Below, in pieces: positions 1 to 12,700 of a stretch of DNA of 64,000 nt. The DNA comes from Octopus sinensis (lineage: Eukaryota): positions 87,482,001-87,546,000 of the forward strand of contig NC_043000.1 of NCBI RefSeq assembly GCF_006345805.1. The letters run 5' to 3'. The notes beneath the pieces were generated by a model, which did not search any database, was not told the DNA's origin, and was given only the letters and a program-made list of their open reading frames with translations. A program made the position numbers and the translations under genes. Numbering within the stretch: the stretch's first letter is position 1; every line of letters starts with the position of its first letter.

Positions 1-266
1 GCAGGGAAACGTTTGCATAGTCAAGTACCTGCACGCCTGGAGAACTGCGTTGCGTAGAAACAATTGTAGTGATTGAAACATAAATGTCCAACCGTACTCC
101 TTCTTGTTGATTCCAAATTTTTAAAGTTATCTATTCACCCACGACAGATGCCCAAACGCAAGCATGGAAGTACGTATAATACTAGTATTGGATAGCACAG
201 GGTGAAACCTGACGGTGGACGAGCTTTATACTGTATTCTGCTACGTTCTTACTATAACTATGTATT

Positions 267-320
<54 letters not shown>

Positions 321-487
321 ATCCACCCCCAAAATGCATAGACACATCAAGAAAGGAAAATTCTGTATAAATATTTAACTTGTATAAGTACCTGTGTAAA
401 TATAAATACCACTTTCGATATTTTATCAAATTGTGATAACACTGTTTACTGCCGAACGATATTTTCTCAACATATGGCGTTACTCTC

Positions 488-1135
488 ATGACTGTAGTAT
501 CAACAAATGACGCCTACAACATGGAGGACGTACAATTATCGTTTGAGGAACTAAAGATTATTTTAAAGTGGTATTTCAAATTTGAGAATGTCGTTGAAGT
601 CCAAAGGCAGTTGAGTCGTGACTTTGGAACATCTTCAACACGTTTGACAATTCCACGGATTCATAAGTTCGAAGCTCATAGTACCGTGTGTGATGTGCAT
701 AAAGGAAAATCCGGCAGATCTCGTACAGCAACAAGTGCTGCTTCTTCAGCTATAGTGTTGAAACAGCTTACACATTCACCACACAAGTCTACCACGCAAT
801 ATGTATGTAAAACAGGAGTAATCAGTACAAGCAAGCGATACATCCTTAGAATAGCTACATCCCAAGATTATTACATGCAATTAATGAAGACGATCCAATT
901 TTGTGAGTGGTTCAAAACATGGTAGGCGGGGATGAAGAGCTGGTGAGAAAAATGAGCAGACAAAATTTAAGCTAAATGGAACAGTGAACCGACATAATTG
1001 TGTTTACTGGTTATCAGAAAATACCCACGTGCCTGTGGACAAGGCAGTCAATTTACTGGGTGTCAAAGTCTGGTGTGTTGTGTCATCTAGAAGTTTAATA
1101 TGACTATTTTCCTTTCAAGGTACTGTCAACTATAA
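488..1135 (+). mobile_element. Degenerate Tc1/mariner-superfamily transposase (HTH plus start of DDE domain)
   Basis: N-terminal LKWYFKFENVVEVQRQ...KSGRSRT. After frameshifts, [20 protein letters not shown]...VNL.GVKVWC, which matches the pattern following the first catalytic D of Tc1/mariner transposases. Contains stops and frameshifts. Confidence 0.75.
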
Positions 1136-2904
1136 CAAGATTTGTTATTGTTGTGTTCAAAATTTCTGAACGGAAAACTTTTAAAGTGATGGCATAGTGA
1201 ATTTTTAAAGCTTTTCTTTCATCATCCTCTTCAGAGTACAATCGTTTTTCTGTCCAGAGTAACTTCACCCAACTACATATCCCCGAAAATTACGTCTGAA
1301 CTGATTTCTTAACCATATTGCAGCAGGAAGGTGTGCAAGCCAGGGTTCAACCACATCACCGATGTCCTAGGCGGAGCTCCTTGTGTTCGTTGTATCAGCT
1401 TAAAGAAAATGCAGAGTCCTACAGCCTTCTCCCAATGAAGATTTCATTTAGAGTACCTCACAGAGTTGTTTCCAGTTATTCCTCGGATGGAATAAGGAAA
1501 TACCCCGTGGCTTTGGCAAAACACAGACTTGTTGTGTTTTTCTTCTTACGCACTGCGCCTGTCATGAACCGTGGGCGGCTAGCGCCAGTTTTGCGGACAA
1601 AATGTCACGTTTTATTTCTTTGAGCAAAATTTTCTATATTCAACGTTTTTTGCTCGAAAGAATGTTAGCTAATGAATATGAGAAGTCACGTATATGTCTG
1701 TGGTTGTTGTTTTTGTAATTATAATTGTAGTTGTTAAATGTGTTGTCGAAATTGTTTTCTGGTATGCTATGCTGTTTTGTGGAAGGAAATGCCATTATTT
1801 CATTTCTGTCGTTTATTTTGCTCATTTATGCGTTCATTTTCTCTTTTTATTTAGAATTTTAAATTTTGCTTGTTAGTTGTTTGACTTTATTCGATATAAT
1901 TTCTCTTAGGTTAGGATCTCAGATAAAAAAAGCAACCATTTTAATCTAAACAGTAAAATATAGTGAAAATATTGAAAATAAGATAACGCCTCTGTTCTGT
2001 AACAAGACGCTCAATAAGAGTCCCTTCTTGAAAGAGTATCCAAAGCGAAAATTTATTTTTTCGGAGGACTAGTGATCTTTTCCACCATTCCCGAAGTTCC
2101 GAATGATGGTACCCTATGACTATCAGCTTCAGTGTCCTGTTAGTGTTGCTCTTGTCTCTGCTATTTCTTTGCTGGCAGCACTGAAGACAAGATGCCATTT
2201 TATTTAATTCCACTTTAGCTATTCTCGGAGCTACAATCGTTGGTACTTAAGAATCAATGATAGAAGCAATGATGGCTTTTCACCTCTAACGTATGCTGTT
2301 CTTCTTACTGAGGTTTCTGCTGTTGCTTTCTTCCTCTTGTGTTGTCGACATAAAGCCCTGAAGAGACCTTTACTACCATACGTGCAGCAATTCAGTTTTC
2401 TTTCCTGTACAGTCCCGTCCCTTTGATTCACCCCTTATTTATTCCCACAACGATGTATAATTCCAGGAGAGTTTGTTGTCATCAGGAAGGGGCAGCTTCT
2501 GGATGCCCTTGTGAACCTTGTCTCGTATTCCTTTTCCCATGAACAGCACTGCAAGACTATGGACAGGCGTATGAATCACCAGTTCCGCTTAACTCCTCAC
2601 TTAATTCTCAGTCTTAAAGACCAGACAGATGCTTTCATATGTCCTGATCTGTGAACCATGTATACTTTTACAAATTGATCAAGGTTCTCTTCAGTGTATG
2701 AAAGCCTCCCAATTTCTAAATAACAAAGATAAAAGAATAATTTGCTTGAATTATGTTTAATTTAACTTTTTTAATTATTTCCTGAATTATTATAACTCGT
2801 CCCATTATACTCGTCTCAATTTCTAACTCGTCCCTCGAGACTTGATAAGAACATACCACTTTAGTAGACATGAAATGAAAAGCTGGTACATTAATAACAC
2901 ACAT

Positions 2905-3038
2905 TGGTGGTTATTTTATTGACCCCGAAAGGATGAAAGGCAAAATAGACTCTGGTGAAATTTGAAGTCACAAAGTAAAACCGGAAGAGACGCTGCTAAA
3001 CATTCTGCCTTGCGTGCTTACGATTCTGCCAGCCCGCC
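2905..3038 (-). mobile_element. tRNA-headed SINE family S1 (Meta-domain-like core), partial
   Basis: Reverse complement matches other S1 copies: GCTGGCAGAATCGTAAGCACG...CTTTCATCCTTTCGGGGTCAATAAAATAA. Confidence 0.75.
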
Positions 3039-4206
3039 GCACTGATGAAGATGAGGATGATGATGATGGTGATGATGACGACGACGACGACAACAACATC
3101 AACAACAGCAACAACTGCAAGATAATTTTTTGCATGCTTTTGTTTTCCATGTCTATTTTTTTTATAGGCATCTTAATTTGTTCTTATAATGACCCTTTCA
3201 TCCATTGTTCTTGAGTTAAATAACAGCATTGATAATAACTATCATTAGGTGTGGTGATAGATTAGAATCGGTAGAGTCATTCCAAATGTATGCCTTGTGG
3301 TATTTAGTAGCGTCTCTTTACATTCTGAAACATGATGTCTCTCTTAGAAATCATTGTTATTATTAATGGTTCTGGTGGGTTATGTTCGGAATGCTGCCGA
3401 ACCGAATACTTTACAATGTTTAATTATGTCTTCGCACATTCTTAGCTCAAATAGCGACGAAGTTTTATATGTCAATGATCGGAATTTTACTCCGCTGCTC
3501 TCACGTTAGATTTATTACCTTTGAGCATTAATAAATTTCAGAATAGCTTGCAACAAATTCCAAGCAAATTGGAAATATAATGTGTAACATGAAGAACGTC
3601 TTATTTCTATAGCTTTGTGATGCTCCGTACTCGACCCCTGTAACATCACAATCAATTATGAACAGGAATTAAAGCGGAGGAGATGACAGTGAGCGTAGTA
3701 CAACGAGCTTGGTTAATTTCTCTGCGTTTAAATGTTAGAGTGTCAGCATTTACTTTATGTTGTTTTTGCTAGATTAATTACCTGGCACATGCAGCCGCTG
3801 AATGTCAGATTTATTCATTTATAAAGCTTTAAAGCTGCAATTCATTGTTTAAGTCTTCACACCTCTATTCAATATATTGCCTACTACTACCAAATGGCTA
3901 AAAAAATTATTCTTATTGTATTGGGATAATACGATTTCAGAACCAATGTACAGCAGCAATAAATCAAGAGAATTACAATTTCTTACCTAGGTACTAAGCT
4001 ACAAATTTTATGGAAAAGTAACAGTCAATCATGTCAACCGCAATATTTGACTGGTGCTTTACTTTAACGATCTTGGAGGAATAAAAAGTACAGCTGACTC
4101 CTTGGCTGGTTGAACATAAGAACGTAAGGAGCAGAGATACTGCAAGTAATTTTTCGACCTCTAATCATTATAACAATCTATTGACCTGATAATAATAATA
4201 ATGATG

Positions 4207-4281
<75 letters not shown>

Positions 4282-4290
4282 CAACAACGA

Positions 4291-4503
4291 TGTTTTCTAC
4301 TCTAGGCACAAGGCCCGAAATTTTGGGGGAGAGGACCAGTCGATTAGACCGACTCCAGTATGCAACTGGTACTTAATTTATCGACCTCGAAAGGATGAAA
4401 GGCAAAGTCGACTTCGGTGGAATTTGAACTCAGAACGTAGCGACGGGCGAAATACAGCTAAGCATTTCGTCCAACGTGCTAACAATTCTGCCAGCTCACT
4501 ACC

Positions 4504-4505
<2 letters not shown>
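4291..4505 (-). mobile_element. SINE S1, full length
   Basis: Minus strand: A-box-like GAGCTGGCAGAATTGTTAG, B-box GAGTTCAAATTCC, core GACTTTGCCTTTCATCCTTTCGAGGTCGATAAATTAAGTACCAG, (GTT/ATT)n tail. The core resembles the Meta domain from memory (not verified). Confidence 0.85.
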
Positions 4506-4553
<48 letters not shown>

Positions 4554-4554
<1 letters not shown>

Positions 4555-6103
4555 GATTAGAAAAATGCGCCAAAGTAACCCTGAAAAGAGGAAAACTAGT
4601 TAAGAGTAACAACATCACACTAGATAAAACCAATGAAATAAAAGAATTAGACCAAAGCCAAACTTACAAATACTTAGGAATCCATGAACTAGATAAGACA
4701 CAACACACACAAATGAAAGAGAAAATAAAAAAAGAATATTATAGACGAGTTAGATCACTACTAAACACAGAGCTCAATGCTAAAAACAAGATAATAGGTA
4801 TCAACACTTTAGCTGTCCCAGTTATAAGTTACAGCTACAATATCCTTAACTGGACACGAAATGAACTGACCAAAATAGATAGGAAAACAAGAAAAATAAT
4901 GACAGGATCTAGGATGCATCACCCAAAATCTGACATAGAAAGACTATATATACAACGTATAGAAGGTGGTAGAGGCCTTATACAGCTGGAAAACTACTAT
5001 AAAATAACCACCATAGGACTGCAAAAATATCTACTTCAGAAGGAAGGAAAACTGATCCAGATAGCGGCAAAACACGAGCAAAAAAAATGTTCTCAGTATT
5101 TAAGGAAGCTGACAAATACAAACAAGAAATCATACCACCTAATAAACATGAAGAAGAAGAAGAAGATGAAGAAACAACAAAAGCTATAAAACAAATGAAA
5201 TCCAAACTAAAAACAGAACAGCAACGAACCATGATAAAACGATGGCAAGAAAAGCCCCTTCATGGTAAATACTGCACTAAACTAAACGCAAAAGAAATAG
5301 ACAAAGAAAAATCCCAGCAATGGTTGAGAAGCTCAGGACTCAAAGCAGAGGCAGAGGGATTTTTAATTGCAGCACAAGACCAAAGCCTCCCCACCAGAAA
5401 TTACCAAAAACATGTAATGAAAAGAAATATTACAAGTAACTGCAGAATATGTGGAGATGGACAAGAAACAATAAATCATATTATCTCTAGCTGCCCAGTC
5501 CTGGCTAAGAAGGAATATATTCACAGACATGACAGAGTTGGAACCTACATACATTGGAAGCTATGCCAACGTTATGGAATAACAACAGAAAAAAGATGGT
5601 ATAGGCACACACCAGAAAAGGTCACAGAAAACGAGAAAGCAACCATACTCTGGGATATGCCAATACACACAGATAGAGAAATTAATGCCAACAGACCAGA
5701 TATAGTTGTCAGAGATATGAAGAAAAAAAATGCTTTCTAATTGATGTATCAATACCGGCTGATGAAAACGTGTCTCTAAAAGAAATGGAGAAACTCTCAA
5801 AATACAAAGACCTGGAAATAGAGGTAACTAGAATGTGGAATCTGAAAACAGAAACAATTCCTATCATAGTAGGTGCATTAGGCATGATAAAAAAATATTC
5901 AGACAAATACATAACAAAAACACCAGGACTTACAAACACATATAACATACAGAAAATTGCACTACTAGGCACTGCACACATCCTACGCAGAACACTTTCC
6001 ATACAATAACCATCAGAGCATCACAACAAATCACAGCACATACCCAAGGCACACAGAGCTGTGCTCGGTAGTGAAGTGAAAGCACGCTATAAAAATAAAA
6101 CTA

Positions 6104-6106
<3 letters not shown>
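4554..6106 (+). mobile_element. R4/Dong-type RLE LINE, family A, 5'-truncated
   Basis: GLEKCAK..KRGK, YKYLG, HPKSDIERLY, WLRSSGLKAE, CRICGDGQETINHIISSC (CCHC knuckle), RHDRV, RPDIVV..LIDVSIP (PD-D endonuclease). About 100-nt 3'UTR; (AAT)n on both sides; two frameshifts. Confidence 0.93.
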
Positions 6107-6182
<76 letters not shown>

Positions 6183-6300
6183 TTTTCTTCTAGAGACACA
6201 AGGGCTGAGTTTTGGTGGAGGGGATAATTGATTGCACTGACGCCAGTTCTTAGCTGATACTTATTTCATTGATCCCACACTTTCCTTTTGAAGTAAAAGT
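6183..6300 (-). mobile_element. SINE S1, 3' fragment
   Basis: Matches the 3' half of 4291-4505; its tail faces the Dong-A tail across (AAT)n. Confidence 0.65.
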
Positions 6301-6428
6301 TGAAAGAAAGTCGATATGGGATATACCAAAAAGGAACGTTTCTGTTCTCGTATCTTGTTGATGCTGCAGTTGCATACATACATACATACATACATACATA
6401 CATACATACATACATACATACATACATG

Positions 6429-6514
<86 letters not shown>

Positions 6515-6515
6515 T

Positions 6516-6617
6516 ACAACGGGCTTCTTTCAGTTTCTGTCTACCAAATTCACTCGCAAGGGACTGAATACTGAACCATCTGATTTGGAAGCAAGCTTCT
6601 ACCACACAGCCATGCCT
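6516..6617 (-). mobile_element. tRNA-headed SINE family S2 (CORE-like), internally deleted fragment
   Basis: GGGCTTCTTTCAGTTTCTGTCTACCAAAT...AAGCAAGCTTCTACCACACAGCC matches 32060-32215. Confidence 0.7.
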
Positions 6618-7079
6618 GGAGAAGAATCTTCAATTTTTTTCCAGAAAAAATCTCACGTTTTGTTGATATTTTTCTGCTTTTTTTGTTGTCTTTGTCGCTG
6701 CCGTCATCAATCAACTAACAAACACTTCGTAGTTGAGAGAATGAAGGAATAAGAGCGGAGTTTTTAGCTGTAAGAAACTTGGACAGAGGAAGGGTTTTCT
6801 CCTTCAGGGTTTCGATGGTGGACGTTTTTTTTTTGACGCCACCATCTTGAATATATATTTTTTTTCCTTTTCACACTAACTAAGCGTTTTCTTGATAGAA
6901 AAAGGTACCCATTAAGGGGCAAAAACAACCACAAAACACCAGTTAAAAGATTCCTGATGCACTCAATAGCAAAAAACGACAAAATTATGTACATCCAATT
7001 ATACTAAACAGGTAAAATAGTGATTCTAACGGAGACTTACACAGCGTGATCAAAAAACTTTTCCGAACTATTCAACTGC

Positions 7080-7141
<62 letters not shown>

Positions 7142-7155
7142 GTAATAATAATAAT

Positions 7156-7574
7156 TTGTCAGTTGTTTCACCTTAACCAATTGAGTATGTCCCTTAGTGG
7201 CTGACGATATGTGCATCTCTGATCACGAGTAGAAGTAGTGGGGGAGCATCATAGCCATGTGTTGAGAGGGATTCTTTGGGGTTTGAATAGTTCACCTCTG
7301 GAAACATGGGTGGCTCTTTCAACATCCTTAAACAACCCTTATTCAGGGACCGTTTGAGCGGGATGGGCTACTCAACCTGAAGAAAATTCTAACTGGGCCC
7401 CACCTGCAAGGTCATGTGCTGTTTATCTTGATAAGAGATCACCATGTCGCGCACATATGGTTGTGATGCATGTGCCTAGTGTACCTTTATCAGACGGGTA
7501 GTCATGATGGGTATATTGGGCTTCGTATATTTTACCCCAGTGTGACTTTGATGGCATGAACTGCTCTCTCACTC
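7156..7574 (+). mobile_element. Non-coding element X, 5'-truncated copy
   Basis: Aligns to the last ~420 nt of 10493-11043; same 3' end CTGCTCTCTCACTC followed by (AAT)n. Confidence 0.85.
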
Positions 7575-7605
<31 letters not shown>

Positions 7606-7674
7606 TAATAATAATAATAATAATATAATAATAATAATAATAATAATAATATTAATAATAATAATGATAATTTC

Positions 7675-10190
7675 TTTATTAGCTACGGAGGTCTTACACG
7701 AAAGAAATCATTAAGGATGCCACAGAACGGTACAATGGGGGCCTTAATTCAAACAAAGTAAATTCCCTAATAGCGAGGGAGCGTCTAAGCGTTATACATG
7801 GAGAAAGCCCACAAAAATCAATGGTGCCCTCTCCCAGTCTTACCTTTCCAGTCGACAGATAGACACTCAGAATAGGTCCATTCACTCGGGCAATGCTCTC
7901 GCCTCTCTTATCCACCTTTCAGCAAAATACTTGTAAGGCAACACATCCATCTACATCCTGAATTTCCTCTTCAAGTGAAACCTGAAAAAGTGTATCAGAG
8001 TTTTGCCGAAAAGAAAAATGCTGGTCTTCACTCCTTTCAAATGTGTCCACCAGGTAAAAAAACAAAACCTCCTTGCCTTTCCCGGCTAAAGGAAGGCGGC
8101 GGGGCTATCTTCACGATGGACTCAGTTGATTGTTGGACCCATCCGACACGCGAAGGTATGTGTTCAACATAAACCTGCTAGACAGCAATGTCTGAACATG
8201 CCTGGCTGATGGTATTTCCATGTCTGTAGGGTTTATCTCAAACTGGCAATGCTCCCCGGTAGCACTGCCAGGTCAGGGATTTCTGGACATTATCCATGGG
8301 CCTTGGATCGAAAGTTCTCCGGAAAATATTGGCTAGTTGATTATCGTCGACGCCCAGAGTCTCCCCCAAGGACGTCGTTGCTTTTACCCTCCACTAACCC
8401 TCTATCGAACGACAAGATGGAGTTTCCACCCATCGTACTGCCCGACTGGTTGAGAGCTGTGAGAGCTTGGACACATTCCAGTCTCCAAATGCTCTCTTTC
8501 GGTCTTCGCTTGACCCAGGACTGCAGCTCCGCCAAGGAAACGAGCTGGGGAAATGAATGTTTAGCAAACGGTGACCACATCTGTTCATCGTCGAGAAAGA
8601 GTTGGAGATCTTGTAGCCTCAGTGCATGTCTGTGCATCATTAGCCACCGACATGCCCATCCCTCCACGCAGCGGATGTTGGCAATAAATGAACCACCTGA
8701 CCAGTGGAACCTGTCCCTTCCACAAAAAGCGAAATGCTAGCGTTCCAGTGCAGTTATACGTGTACTAGACAAGGCACTACAGTTAGGTGGTAGTGGATGT
8801 CGGACGCAATGTACGCGTTCGCCACCTCTACCCGACTTTTCAGGGATAGCTTCCTCTCAATCCATTTCTGGGTGAGAGAGGTGGAGATTGTCGTGGATGG
8901 ATCTATTTATGATGGCGCATGTCTCCACCTCTTCCCAAATCCGCCAACGACGAGCGCCAACCTCTTTGCCAAAACCTTGACCAAAACTTTAAACTCTGCA
9001 TTTAGCAGAGTTATGAGCCTAAAATCATTGCTACGGTCCCCTTGTTCGCGTCCTTCAGCAGCGCTACGGCTCCACGGCTCACAGAACTGGGAATTTTTTT
9101 TCATTCTTCTACCAGTTGCAGTAGACGTCTGCCAATAGGTCGCCGAACAAGTCTAGCATATAAACATAGAGCTCGTAGGGCAGACCATCAACACTAGGCG
9201 ATTTGTCCCTTGTGCATTCATTCGTCGTCTCCAGTATTTCAGTAGCTGCTATCGCCTTTCACAACACTCCGCTTCCATTGTTGAAAGCTTCGGCAGTCCG
9301 TCGAGGTAAGCACTAATGTCTATCTCGTGATCCGGCTCACCACTGTCTCCGAACAGTTGAGCGAAGCGTCGCTGAAAAACCGCACACATCTGCTTGGGGT
9401 CGAGTAACACGCGCCCGTCGTCGTCCGCCGAAGACTACATTGTAGTTTTGTTTTCACGGCACACCTCTTCCACTCGGGCTCATTGAATGGTTTTCATCCC
9501 CTTGTGTTTAAGAGCAAGCGCCCTAGCTTTCTTTGCGATGACGAATTGGTCGAGAGACAATCTTGCCGCAATCACGTCAGTTGCGCTGCCTTTCGTAAAA
9601 ACTCTTCTAGCTTTCTAGGCCTTTACACCCTCCTCCCCAACTGAGACCCACACAGTGCCAGCGTGAGTCTAAGATATCGTTCCAATCGTCAACTAAGATT
9701 AAAGAGCCAGACGTTTTTAGAAAGGTCGTAAGGCGCCTGACGAAATCAGGCCGTCCTGGCGGGGCAAGGACTGCCATTAGCCTGAAAGCTTAGCCTTCAT
9801 TGTTGGTCGCGTCCAGCACCACAAAATTACTTTACAGGTCCAGGAAGATAGTCTGTATGACGAGATCCAAGCCTTTCCGAAACAACACAGTGACTCCGCC
9901 TCCATATCCCAGACTACTTGGAGATTCGTACACCACGTAGATGCCGAAAGTGGATGCGAAGGCTCCTGTCCCCGAAATTCTGGTTTTGCTGATGGCCACC
10001 ACATCTATGTTCAGCAATCTGACGTCGTTAAGTAGGTGGCCCTGCTCTCAAGACGACTCCAGGGCACGTACATTCATAAAGCCTATTCTAAGTGAGGCCA
10101 TGTTAACTGAAGAGACAGAAAAGAGGAGCAAAACCACTTACCTTAGGTTTTTGGAGGAAGAGCTGTTGCTCCATCCTTGTGTCCAGTTGT
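7675..10190 (-). mobile_element. Degenerate, internally deleted L1/Tx1-like LINE (APE + RT + C-terminal region)
   Basis: APE-like LNIDVVAIS.TRI...GGGVTVLFRKGL; RT-like FRLITLLNAEFKVLVKVLAKRL; AATAAA then (ATT)n at the 3' end. Many stops and frameshifts. Confidence 0.7.
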
Positions 10191-10237
10191 GGGTTCTTTC
10201 ACGAGAATATCTGTATTATTATTATCATCATGAGATC

Positions 10238-10269
<32 letters not shown>

Positions 10270-10285
10270 GCCGCCGCCGCCGCCG

Positions 10286-10318
<33 letters not shown>

Positions 10319-10372
10319 TACTACTACTACTACTACTACTACTACTGCTACTACTACTACTACTACTACTAT
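10238..10372. repeat. (TAC)n microsatellite with (GCC)n interruption
   Basis: Read directly from the sequence. Confidence 0.95.
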
Positions 10373-10492
10373 TAATACTAATGATAGTAATGATGATGAT
10401 GATGATGATAATAATAATAATAATAATAATAATAAAATAATAATAATAATAATAATAAATGCCATGATGAGTACCAGGCAGTGGCTCTAAAT

Positions 10493-11043
10493 GCCCTGAT
10501 GCAGTACCAGGCAGTGGCTCTCATGGCTTCTGATCTTAACTGATTGGAAGTGTTATCATGTTCATTGTTTTGTCTTGGTATAAAATATGGGCTACAGCAA
10601 ATATTCTGCTCAGTACCACAGACTTGCTTGTCAGTTGTTTGACCTTAACCAGTTGATCATGTCCCTTAGTGGCTGACGATATGTGCATCTCTGATCACGA
10701 GTAGAAGTAGTGGGGGAACATCAAAGCCATGTGTTGAGAGGGATTCTTTGGTGTTTGAATAATTCACCTCTGGAAGAAAGTGTTTCGTTCAACATCCTTA
10801 AACAACCCTTCTTCAGGGACCTTTTGAGCGGGATGAGTTACTCGACTAGAAAAAATTCTAACTGGGTCCCACCAGCAAGGTCATGTGCTGTTTATCTTGA
10901 TATGAGATCACCATGTCGCGCACACATGGTTGTGGTGCATGTGCCTAGTGTACCCTTATCAGACGGGTAGTCATGATGGGTATACTGGGCTTCGTATATT
11001 TTACCCCAGTGTCACTTTGATGGCATGAACTGCTCTCTCACTC
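10493..11043 (+). mobile_element. Non-coding element X, full length (551 nt)
   Basis: Starts GCCCTGATGCAGTACCAGG and ends CTGCTCTCTCACTC; (AAT)n on both flanks. A partial duplicate of the head lies at 10461-10488. Confidence 0.88.
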
Positions 11044-11056
11044 AATGATAATAATA

Positions 11057-11091
<35 letters not shown>

Positions 11092-11137
11092 TAATAATAA
11101 TAAATGCCATGATGAGTACCAGGCAGTGGCTCTAAAT

Positions 11138-11688
11138 GCCCTGATGCAGTACCAGGCAGTGGCTCTCATGGCTTCTGATCTTAACTGATTGGAAGTGTTA
11201 TCATGTTCATTGTTTTGTCTTGGTATAAAATATGGGCTACAGCAAATATTCTGCTCAGTACCACAGACTTGCTTGTCAGTTGTTTGACCTTAACCAGTTG
11301 ATCATGTCCCTTAGTGGCTGACGATATGTGCATCTCTGATCACGAGTAGAAGTAGTGGGGGAACATCAAAGCCATGTGTTGAGAGGGATTCTTTGGTGTT
11401 TGAATAATTCACCTCTGGAAGAAAGTGTTTCGTTCAACATCCTTAAACAACCCTTCTTCAGGGACCTTTTGAGCGGGATGAGTTACTCGACTAGAAAAAA
11501 TTCTAACTGGGTCCCACCAGCAAGGTCATGTGCTGTTTATCTTGATATGAGATCACCATGTCGCGCACACATGGTTGTGGTGCATGTGCCTAGTGTACCC
11601 TTATCAGACGGGTAGTCATGATGGGTATACTGGGCTTCGTATATTTTACCCCAGTGTCACTTTGATGGCATGAACTGCTCTCTCACTC
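11138..11688 (+). mobile_element. Non-coding element X, second unit of a 645-bp tandem duplication
   Basis: Appears identical to 10493-11043 at offset 645; the ORF translations at 10710 and 11355 are identical. Confidence 0.88.
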
Positions 11689-11705
11689 AATGATAATAAT
11701 AATAA

Positions 11706-11890
11706 TCTTTTCTACTAATGGCACAAAGCCTGAAATCCTGGGAGGGGGCTAGTCGATTACATCGACCCCGGTGGGTAACTGGTACTTACTTCATGGACCC
11801 CGAAAGGATGAAAGGTACTAAGCATTTTGCCCGGACGAAATGGTGCTAAGCATTTTCCCCTGAATGCTAAAGACTGTCAGTTTGCGGACT
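11706..11890 (-). mobile_element. SINE S1, degenerate
   Basis: Contains AGTCGATTACATCGACCCCGG..AACTGGTACTT..CCCCGAAAGGATGAAAGG. Confidence 0.75.
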
Positions 11891-12149
11891 TAATAATACT
11901 GATAATAATAATACTGATAATAATAAGACGGAGAAAAATTGGGGAGTGAGGGACCTTCGTTGGGAAATTCTGGGTGTTGTGCGTGTCTATTATTATTTTA
12001 TGTTGTTGAAGGTGATGGTGGTGCATCAACTGTTGGTGTTATTGGTATTGTTGGTGTTGCAGGTGTTGCTGGTGTTGATGCTTTACCATCATTTGCTGGT
12101 TCTGCTGTTCCTGTTGTTGATGTTGCCTCTCAGGAGGCGAATGAGATCT

Positions 12150-12700
12150 GGAATCTTGTGGCTGGTGTTTGGTTGTGGACAGCTGACTCTTTCCATCATA
12201 CCCATCAAAAAAGCTGTGAGCTTTCATCAACTGATAATAATAATAACAATAATAATTTCTTACATTGGCATAGTTCCAGTAGCCCTTGCTTGTCATTAGG
12301 ATTTGCAAATCCATTTTATCCACTATTGACCACTCTTGATCTTTCGTTAGCCCTATTTTAAACCCTCTTCATAATGCGATATAAAAATGACAACTACCCA
12401 CGGATCGTTAATGTTTCCGATGTCTCTTATCATTACTCTTGCATTTCTTTAATCCATGTACTGCGACACAAATGTATAGTCAGAAATATGTCAGACAATT
12501 TCAACCTATGTTTTGGCTGTTTTCAGTTGTGAAGGTACACCAGACAGAGCCATTACTTTTGCCTTTTTCATCTCAGAAAATTTCTTCCTATATATCTTGA
12601 AGAAACTGTTATACTACTTTACGTGAGGGAAGCGATTGAGTCTACTTCCGTTTTTTGATAAGCAGAAGTATGTAATTTTCTCTGCTTTCTCCTAAATTAG
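12150..12700 (-). pseudogene. Possible very old APE endonuclease relic (RTE-like)
   Basis: Minus-strand translation NARV...W.VVI..H..G...N...GLLELCQ resembles the APE GDFNARVG..N.NG.LL.FC region; weak. Confidence 0.3.

Noticed and set aside
1941-2720. Minus-strand ORFs possibly encoding a gene
   Set aside because: Only faint resemblance to a Dong N-terminus (GY..ELREWW..TEQR); insufficient for either call.
6795-6855. Minus-strand hammerhead-like motif (GATGGTGG..CCACCATC-GAAAC)
   Set aside because: The core reads TTCAAGA rather than CUGANGA and stem I is absent; too degenerate.
10493-10550. Similarity of the X head to tRNA-Sec (GCCC.GATG..AGTGG..GGCTTC), a snoRNA C box, or an HDV ribozyme
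   Set aside because: Only short scattered matches; no cloverleaf, B box or complete P1-P4 pseudoknot could be folded by eye.
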